A stretch of 64,000 bases of DNA from Escherichia phage EC121: the sequence record NC_054909.1; one strand, written 5' to 3'. Shown one piece after another: positions 53,774 through 64,000 of the stretch. The translations under genes and the position numbers were made by a program. Every line of letters begins with the position of its first letter. The first letter of the stretch is position 1. The notes below the pieces were generated by a model that saw only the letters and a program-made list of their open reading frames with translations, searched no databases and was not told the DNA's origin.

Positions 53774-56700
53774 ATGGCCGAGATTAAAAGAAAGTTCAGA
53801 GCAGAAGATGGTCTGGACGCAGGTGGCGATAAAATAATCAACGTAGCTTTAGCTGATCGTGCCGTAGGAACTGACGGTGTTAACGTTGATTACCTAATTC
53901 AAGAAAACACAGTTCAACAATATGATCCAACTCGTGGATATTTAAAAGATTTTGTAATCATTTATGATAACCGCTTTTGGGCTGCTATAAATGATATTCC
54001 AAAACCAGCAGGAGCTTTTAATAGTGTACAATGGAGAGCATTACGTACTGATGCTAATTGGACAACTGTTTCATCAGGACCTTATCAATTAAAGTCAGGC
54101 GAATCAATTTCAGTTGATACTGCAGCTGGTAATGACATTACATTTACTTTGCCATCTTCTCCAATTGATGGAGATACTATCGTTCTTCAAGATATTGGTG
54201 GAAAACCTGGTGTTAACCAAGTTTTAATTGTAGCTCCAGTGCAAAGTATTGTAAACTTCAGAGGCGAACAAGTACGTTCAGTACTAATGACTCATCCAAA
54301 ATCGCAGATAGTTTTAATTTTTAGTAATCGTCTGTGGCAAATGTATGTTGCTGATTATAGCAGAGAAGCTGTAGTCGTAACACCGGCAAGTCTTTATCAG
54401 GCGCAATCTAACGATTTTATCGTGCGCAGATTTACTTCAGCCGCGGCGATTAATATTAAACTTCCGAGATTTGCTAATCATGGCGATATTATTAATTTCG
54501 TCGATTTAGACAAATTAAATCCACTTTATCATACAATTGTTACTACATACGATGAAACAACTTCAGTGCAAGAAGTTGGAACTCATTCCATTGAAGGCCG
54601 TACATCGATTGATGGTTTCTTGATGTATGATGATAATGAGAAATTGTGGAGATTGTTTGACGGGGATAGTAAAGCACGTTTACGCATTATAACAACTAAT
54701 TCTAATATTCGTCCAAATGAAGAAGTCATGGTATTTGGCGCGAATAATGGAACAACCCAAACAATTGAACTTCAGCTTCCAACCGATATTTCCATTGGTG
54801 ATACTGTTAAAATTTCCATGAATTACATGAGAAAAGGCCAAACAGTTAAAATCAAAGCTGCCGGTGAAGATAAAATTGCTTCTTCAGTTCAGTTGTTGCA
54901 ATTCCCAAAACGTTCAGAATATCCGCCTGAAGCTGAATGGGTGACTGTTCAAGAATTAGTTTTTAACGGTGAAACTAATTATGTTCCAGTTTTACAACTT
55001 GCTTATATAGAAGATTCTGACGGAAAATACTGGGTTGTACAACAAAACGTTCCAACAGTTGAAAGAGTTGATTCTTTAAATGATTCTACTAGAGCAAGAT
55101 TAGGCGTAATAGCTTTAGCTACACAAGCTCAAGCTAACGTCGATTTAGAAAATTCTCCGCAAAAAGAATTAGCAATTACACCAGAAACATTAGCTAATCG
55201 TACTGCTACAGAAACTCGTAGAGGTATCGCAAGAATAGCAACTACTGCCCAAGTGAACCAGGATACTACATTCTCTTTTGCTGATGATATTATCGTCACT
55301 CCTAAAAAGCTGAATGAAAGAACTGCTACAGAAACTCGTAGAGGTGTTGCTGAAATTGCTACGCAACAAGAAACTAATGCAGGTACTGATGATACTACAA
55401 TCATCACTCCTAAAAAGCTTCAAGCTCGTCAAGGTTCTGAATCATTATCTGGTATTGTAACCTTTGTATCTACTGCAGGTGCTACTCCAGCTTCTAGCCG
55501 TGAATTAAATGGTACGAATGTTTATAATAAAAACACTAATAATTTAGTTGTTTCGCCTAAAGCTTTGGATCAGTATAAAGCTACTCCAACGCAACAAGGT
55601 GCAGTAATTCTAGCAGTCGAAAGTGAAGTAATTGCTGGACAAAGCCAAGAAGGATGGGCAAATGCGGTTGTAACGCCAGAAACGTTACATAAAAAGACAT
55701 CAACTGATGGAAGAATTGGTTTAATTGAAATTGCTACGCAAAGTGAAGTTAATACAGGAACTGATTATACACGTGCAGTCACTCCTAAAACTTTAAATGA
55801 CCGTAGAGCAACTGAAAGTTTAAGTGGTATAGCTGAAATTGCTACACAAGTTGAATTCGACGCAGGCGTCGACGATACTCGTATCTCTACACCATTAAAA
55901 ATTAAAACTAGATTTAATAGTACTGATCGTACTTCTGTTGTTGCTCTATCTGGATTAGTTGAATCAGGAACTCTCTGGGACCATTATACCCTTAATATTC
56001 TTGAAGCAAATGAGACACAGCGTGGTACACTTCGTGTAGCTACACAAGTTGAAGCTGCTGCAGGAACATTGGATAATGTTCTAATAACTCCTAAAAAGCT
56101 TTTAGGTACTAAATCTACTGAAGCACAGGAAGGCGTTATTAAAGTTGCAACTCAGTCTGAAACTGTAGCTGGAACGTCAGCAAATACTGCTGTATCTCCA
56201 AAAAATTTAAAATGGATTGTGCAGAGTGAACCTACTTGGGCAGCTACTACCCTGGTAAGAGGTTTTGTTAAAACTTCATCTGGTTCAATTACATTCGTTG
56301 GTAATGATACAGTTGGTTCAACACAGTCATTAGAATTATACGAGAAAAATAGCTATGCAGTATCGCCATATGAATTAAACCGTGTATTAGCAAATTATTT
56401 GCCGTTAAAAGCAAAAGCCGTAGATAGTAATTTACTGGATGGTCTAGATTCATCTCAGTTCATTCGTAGGGATATTGCACAAACGGTTAATGGTTCACTA
56501 ACCTTAACCCAACAAACGAATCTGAGTGCCCCTCTTGTATCATCTAGTACTGCTACGTTTGGTGGATCAGTTTCAGCAAATAGTACACTAACCATTTCTA
56601 ATACTGATGGAACAGCAACTCGTCTGATTTTTGAGAAAGGACCTCAAACTGGAACGAACCCGGCTCAAACGATGACAGTCAGCGTGTGGGGGAATCAATT

Positions 56701-57646
56701 TAGTGGGGAATCAAACACAACACGTTCTACCGTATTTGAAGTTAGTGATGAAACATCTTATCACTTTTATTCTCAACGCGATAAAGATGGTAATATAGCA
56801 TTTAGCATTAATGGTACTGTAATGCCAATAAATGTGAATGCTTTAGGTTCTTTGAACGCGAACGGCGTTGCAACATTCGGTAGTTCAGTTACTGCTAATG
56901 GCGAATTTATCAGTAAATCGTCGAATGCTTTTAGAGCAATAAACGGTGATTATGGATTCTTTATTCGTAATGATGCTGCTAACACCTATTTTATGCTTAC
57001 TGCATCTGGTGATCAGACTGGTGGATTTAATGGATTACGTCCATTATCAATTAATAATCAATCTGGTCAGGTTACAATTGGTGAAAGCTTAATCATTGCC
57101 AAAGGTGCTACTATAACTTCAGGTGGTTTAACTGTCAACTCGAGAATTCGTTCTCAGGGTACTAAAACCTCTGATTTATATACTCGTGCGCCAACATCTG
57201 ATACTGTAGGATTCTGGTCAATCGATATTAATGATTCAGCCACTTATAACCAGTTCCCGGGTTATTTTAAAATGGTTGAAAAAACTAATGAAGTGACTGG
57301 GCTTCCATACTTAGAACGCGGTGAAGAGGTTAAATCTCCTGGTACGCTGACTCAATTTGGTAACACACTCGATTCGCTTTACCAAGATTGGATTACTTAT
57401 CCAACGACCCCAGAAGCGCGCACCAGTCGCTGGACGCGTACATGGCAGAAAACCAAAAACTCTTGGTCAAGTTTTGTTCAGGTATTTGATGGGGGTAACC
57501 CTCCTCAGCCATCTGATATCGGTGCTTTACCATCTGATAATGCTATAATGGGGAATCTTACTATTCGTGATTTCTTACGAATTGGTAATGTTCGCATTAT
57601 TCCTGACCCAGTGAATAAAACGGTTAAATTTGAATGGGTTGAATAA
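53774..57646 (+). CDS. 34: Long tail fibre proximal subunit gp34
   Basis: 1290-aa ORF; N-terminus MAEIKRKFRAEDGLDAGGDKIINVALADR matches T4 gp34; internal repeated ...TRRG.A.IAT... segments. Confidence 0.93.
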   Translation: MAEIKRKFRAEDGLDAGGDKIINVALADRAVGTDGVNVDYLIQENTVQQYDPTRGYLKDFVIIYDNRFWAAINDIPKPAGAFNSVQWRALRTDANWTTVSSGPYQLKSGESISVDTAAGNDITFTLPSSPIDGDTIVLQDIGGKPGVNQVLIVAPVQSIVNFRGEQVRSVLMTHPKSQIVLIFSNRLWQMYVADYSREAVVVTPASLYQAQSNDFIVRRFTSAAAINIKLPRFANHGDIINFVDLDKLNPLYHTIVTTYDETTSVQEVGTHSIEGRTSIDGFLMYDDNEKLWRLFDGDSKARLRIITTNSNIRPNEEVMVFGANNGTTQTIELQLPTDISIGDTVKISMNYMRKGQTVKIKAAGEDKIASSVQLLQFPKRSEYPPEAEWVTVQELVFNGETNYVPVLQLAYIEDSDGKYWVVQQNVPTVERVDSLNDSTRARLGVIALATQAQANVDLENSPQKELAITPETLANRTATETRRGIARIATTAQVNQDTTFSFADDIIVTPKKLNERTATETRRGVAEIATQQETNAGTDDTTIITPKKLQARQGSESLSGIVTFVSTAGATPASSRELNGTNVYNKNTNNLVVSPKALDQYKATPTQQGAVILAVESEVIAGQSQEGWANAVVTPETLHKKTSTDGRIGLIEIATQSEVNTGTDYTRAVTPKTLNDRRATESLSGIAEIATQVEFDAGVDDTRISTPLKIKTRFNSTDRTSVVALSGLVESGTLWDHYTLNILEANETQRGTLRVATQVEAAAGTLDNVLITPKKLLGTKSTEAQEGVIKVATQSETVAGTSANTAVSPKNLKWIVQSEPTWAATTLVRGFVKTSSGSITFVGNDTVGSTQSLELYEKNSYAVSPYELNRVLANYLPLKAKAVDSNLLDGLDSSQFIRRDIAQTVNGSLTLTQQTNLSAPLVSSSTATFGGSVSANSTLTISNTDGTATRLIFEKGPQTGTNPAQTMTVSVWGNQFSGESNTTRSTVFEVSDETSYHFYSQRDKDGNIAFSINGTVMPINVNALGSLNANGVATFGSSVTANGEFISKSSNAFRAINGDYGFFIRNDAANTYFMLTASGDQTGGFNGLRPLSINNQSGQVTIGESLIIAKGATITSGGLTVNSRIRSQGTKTSDLYTRAPTSDTVGFWSIDINDSATYNQFPGYFKMVEKTNEVTGLPYLERGEEVKSPGTLTQFGNTLDSLYQDWITYPTTPEARTSRWTRTWQKTKNSWSSFVQVFDGGNPPQPSDIGALPSDNAIMGNLTIRDFLRIGNVRIIPDPVNKTVKFEWVE

Positions 57647-57654
57647 GAGGTATT

Positions 57655-58770
57655 ATGGAAAAATTTATGGCAGAGTTTGGACAAGGATATGTCCAAACGC
57701 CATTTTTATCGGAAAGCAATTCAGTAAGATATAAAATAAGCATAGCGGGTTCTTGCCCGCTTTCTACAGCAGGACCATATGTCAAATTTCAGGATAATCC
57801 TATCGGAAGTCAAACATTTAACGCAGGTCTTCATTTAAGAGTTTTTGACCCTTCTACGGGAGCATTAGTTGATAGTAAGTCATATGCTTTTTCGGCTTCA
57901 AATGATACTACATCAGCTGCTTTTGTTAGTTTCATGAACTCTTTGACGAATAATAGACTTGTTGCTATATTAACTAGCGGAAAGGTTAATTTTCCTCCTG
58001 AGGTAGTATCTTGGCTAAGAGCCACAGGAACGTCTGCTTTTCCATCTGATTCTATATTGTCAAGATTTGACGTATCATATGCTGCTTTTTACACTTCTTC
58101 TAAAAGAGCTATTGCATTAGAACATGTTAAACTAAGTAATAGAAAAAGCACAGATGACTATCAAACTATTTTAGATGTTGTATTTGACAGTTTAGAAGAC
58201 GTTGGAGCTACGGGATTTCCTAAAAGAACATATGAAAGCGTTGAGCAATTTATGTCAGCGGTTGGTGGAACTAATAACGAAATTGCACGTTTGCCAACTT
58301 CATCCGCGATAAGTAAACTCTCTGATTATAATTTAATTCCTGGCGATGTTCTTTATCTTAAAGCACAGTTATATGCTGATGCCGATTTACTTGCGCTTGG
58401 AACTACAAATATATCTATCCGTTTTTATGATGAATCGAATGGATATATTTCTTCAACACATGCCGAGTTTACCGGACAAGCTGGGTCATGGGAATTAAAG
58501 GAAGATTATGTAGTTATTCCAGAAAACGCAGTAGGATTTACGATATATGCACAAAGAACTGCTCAAGCTGGTCAAGGCGGCATGAGAAATTTAAGCTTTT
58601 CTGAAGTATCAAGAAATGGTGGAATTTCAAAACCTGCTGAATTTGGCGTCAATGGTATTCGAGTTAATTATGTCTGTGAATCTGCTTCACCTCCGGATAT
58701 AATGGTACTTCCTACGCAAGCATCGTCTAAAACTGGTAAAGTGTTTGGACAAGAATTTAGAGAAGTTTAA
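57655..58770 (+). CDS. 35: Long tail fibre hinge connector gp35
   Basis: 371-aa ORF; T4 position. Confidence 0.88.
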   Translation: MEKFMAEFGQGYVQTPFLSESNSVRYKISIAGSCPLSTAGPYVKFQDNPIGSQTFNAGLHLRVFDPSTGALVDSKSYAFSASNDTTSAAFVSFMNSLTNNRLVAILTSGKVNFPPEVVSWLRATGTSAFPSDSILSRFDVSYAAFYTSSKRAIALEHVKLSNRKSTDDYQTILDVVFDSLEDVGATGFPKRTYESVEQFMSAVGGTNNEIARLPTSSAISKLSDYNLIPGDVLYLKAQLYADADLLALGTTNISIRFYDESNGYISSTHAEFTGQAGSWELKEDYVVIPENAVGFTIYAQRTAQAGQGGMRNLSFSEVSRNGGISKPAEFGVNGIRVNYVCESASPPDIMVLPTQASSKTGKVFGQEFREV

Positions 58771-58775
58771 ATTGA

Positions 58776-58800
58776 GGGAGCCTTCGGGTTCCCTTTTTCT
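58776..58800 (+). terminator. Rho-independent terminator after gene 35
   Basis: GGGAGCC-TTCG-GGTTCCC hairpin followed by TTTTTCTTT. Confidence 0.6.
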
Positions 58801-58801
58801 T

Positions 58802-58809
58802 TATAAATA
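58802..58809 (+). promoter_or_regulatory. Late promoter motif TATAAATA upstream of gene 36
   Basis: TTATAAATAC 24 nt upstream of the gene 36 ATG. Confidence 0.55.
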
Positions 58810-58832
58810 CTATTAAAATAAAGGGGCATACA

Positions 58833-59489
58833 ATGGCTGATTTAAAAGTAGGTTCAACAACTGGAGGCTCTGTCATTTGGCATCAAGGAAATTTTCCATT
58901 GAATCCAGCCGGTGACGATGTACTCTATAAATCATTTAAAATATATTCAGAATACAATAAACCACAAGCTGCTGATAACGATTTCGTTTCTAAAGCTAAT
59001 GGTGGTACATATTTAAATAAAGTAATTTTTAATAAAGGAATGACTGTTCCTGGTGCAGGGTCAGGTGACAATGGTATTTTTGCTGGTCCTGGTGATAGTG
59101 CCACGTATGATACTACAAATATGGATATTGTTTCGTGGTATGGTGTTGGTTTTAAATCATCACAAGGAACAGCAGGTAGAACTGTAGTAATTAACACACG
59201 AAATGGAGATATTAGCTCAAAGGGCGTAATTGAAGCATCACAAATCCGTGTAACTTCGTTATCACCAGTAAATAATTATGACCTTACGCGGAAAGATTAT
59301 GTTGATGGAGCAATAAATATTGTTACAGCAAACGCAAACTCTAGGGTATTACGCTCTGGAGACACTATGATAGGAAATTTAACTGCGCCAAACCTTTTTT
59401 CACAGAATCCTGCATCTCAACCCTCGCATGTTCCACGATTTGACCAAATTGTTATTAAGGATTCTGTTCAAGATTTCGGCTATTATTAA
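58833..59489 (+). CDS. 36: Long tail fibre distal connector gp36
   Basis: 218-aa ORF; T4 position. Confidence 0.88.
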   Translation: MADLKVGSTTGGSVIWHQGNFPLNPAGDDVLYKSFKIYSEYNKPQAADNDFVSKANGGTYLNKVIFNKGMTVPGAGSGDNGIFAGPGDSATYDTTNMDIVSWYGVGFKSSQGTAGRTVVINTRNGDISSKGVIEASQIRVTSLSPVNNYDLTRKDYVDGAINIVTANANSRVLRSGDTMIGNLTAPNLFSQNPASQPSHVPRFDQIVIKDSVQDFGYY

Positions 59490-59497
59490 GAGGACTT

Positions 59498-63620
<4,123 letters not shown>

Positions 63621-63650
63621 TTTGAATAAATATCCTTAAAAGGAGGGTCT

Positions 63651-64000
63651 ATGGCAGCACCTAGAATATCATTTTCGCCCTCTGATATTCTGTTGGGTGT
63701 TCTAGATCGCTTGTTCAAAGATAACGCTACCGGGAAGGTTCTTGCTTCCCGAGTAGCTGTCGTAATTCTTTTATTTATGATGGCGATTGTTTGGTATAGG
63801 GGAGATAGTTTCTTTGAGTACTATAAGCAATCAAAGTATGAAACATACAGTGAAATTATTGAAAAGGAAAGAAATGCACGCTTTGAATCTGTCGCCCTGG
63901 AACAACTCCAGATAGTTCATATATCATCTGAGGCAGACTTTAGTGCGGTGTATTCTTTCCGCCCTAAAAACTTAAACTATTTTGTTGATATTATAGCATA
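63651..64000 (+). CDS. t: Holin T, 3' end beyond window
   Basis: ATG at 63651 after AAGGAGG; MAAPRISFSPSDIL...VAVVILLFMMAIVWYRGD matches the T4 holin N-terminus and transmembrane segment; frame open to window end. Confidence 0.88.
   Translation, partial: MAAPRISFSPSDILLGVLDRLFKDNATGKVLASRVAVVILLFMMAIVWYRGDSFFEYYKQSKYETYSEIIEKERNARFESVALEQLQIVHISSEADFSAVYSFRPKNLNYFVDIIA

Noticed and set aside
55129-55432. Two minus-strand ORFs (92 and 80 codons) inside gene 34
   Set aside because: Antisense to the repetitive segment of the long tail fibre gene; explained by the repeats on the coding strand.

Overview
This window is a contiguous, gene-dense segment of a T4-like (T-even, Tequatrovirus-type) coliphage genome, collinear with phage T4 from gene 18 (tail sheath, 5' end off-window) to the start of holin gene t. 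Identifications rest on reading the supplied translations against remembered T4 protein sequences and gene order; no database search was possible. Plus-strand late blocks: 18-19-20-67-68-21-22-23-24, 51-27-28-29-48-54, and 34-35-36-37-38-t. Minus-strand blocks: rnlB-24.2-24.3-hoc-inh, uvsY-25-26, and the long early/middle run frd-td-nrdA-mobE-nrdB-denA-rnlA-alc-spanins-pseT-cd-31-rIII-30.x-30-alt, plus 32-59-33-dsbA-rnh. Several supplied ORFs begin at TTG/GTG and were trimmed to the internal ATG that matches the T4 protein. Differences from T4 as I remember it are the most interesting content: (1) a MobE-like HNH homing endonuclease gene inserted between uvsW and uvsW.1, apparently initiating at TTG; (2) an uninterrupted nrdB (no group I intron/I-TevIII) while the td intron with I-TevI is present with exact T4-like boundaries; (3) a 68-aa ORF wedged between frd and td; (4) T2-type host-recognition genes (gp37 with a C-terminal chaperone-like domain, gp38 adhesin with poly-glycine motifs); (5) no segD or segG at their T4 positions. 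Other points: gp30.3 carries a YbiA/NADAR-like motif, two ADP-ribosyltransferase paralogs sit in tandem, and the gene 32 translational operator is recognisable. I see no evidence of a wholly new multi-gene system; the novelty is in mobile-element and accessory-gene content within a conserved backbone. No tRNA, rRNA or CRISPR array was found.
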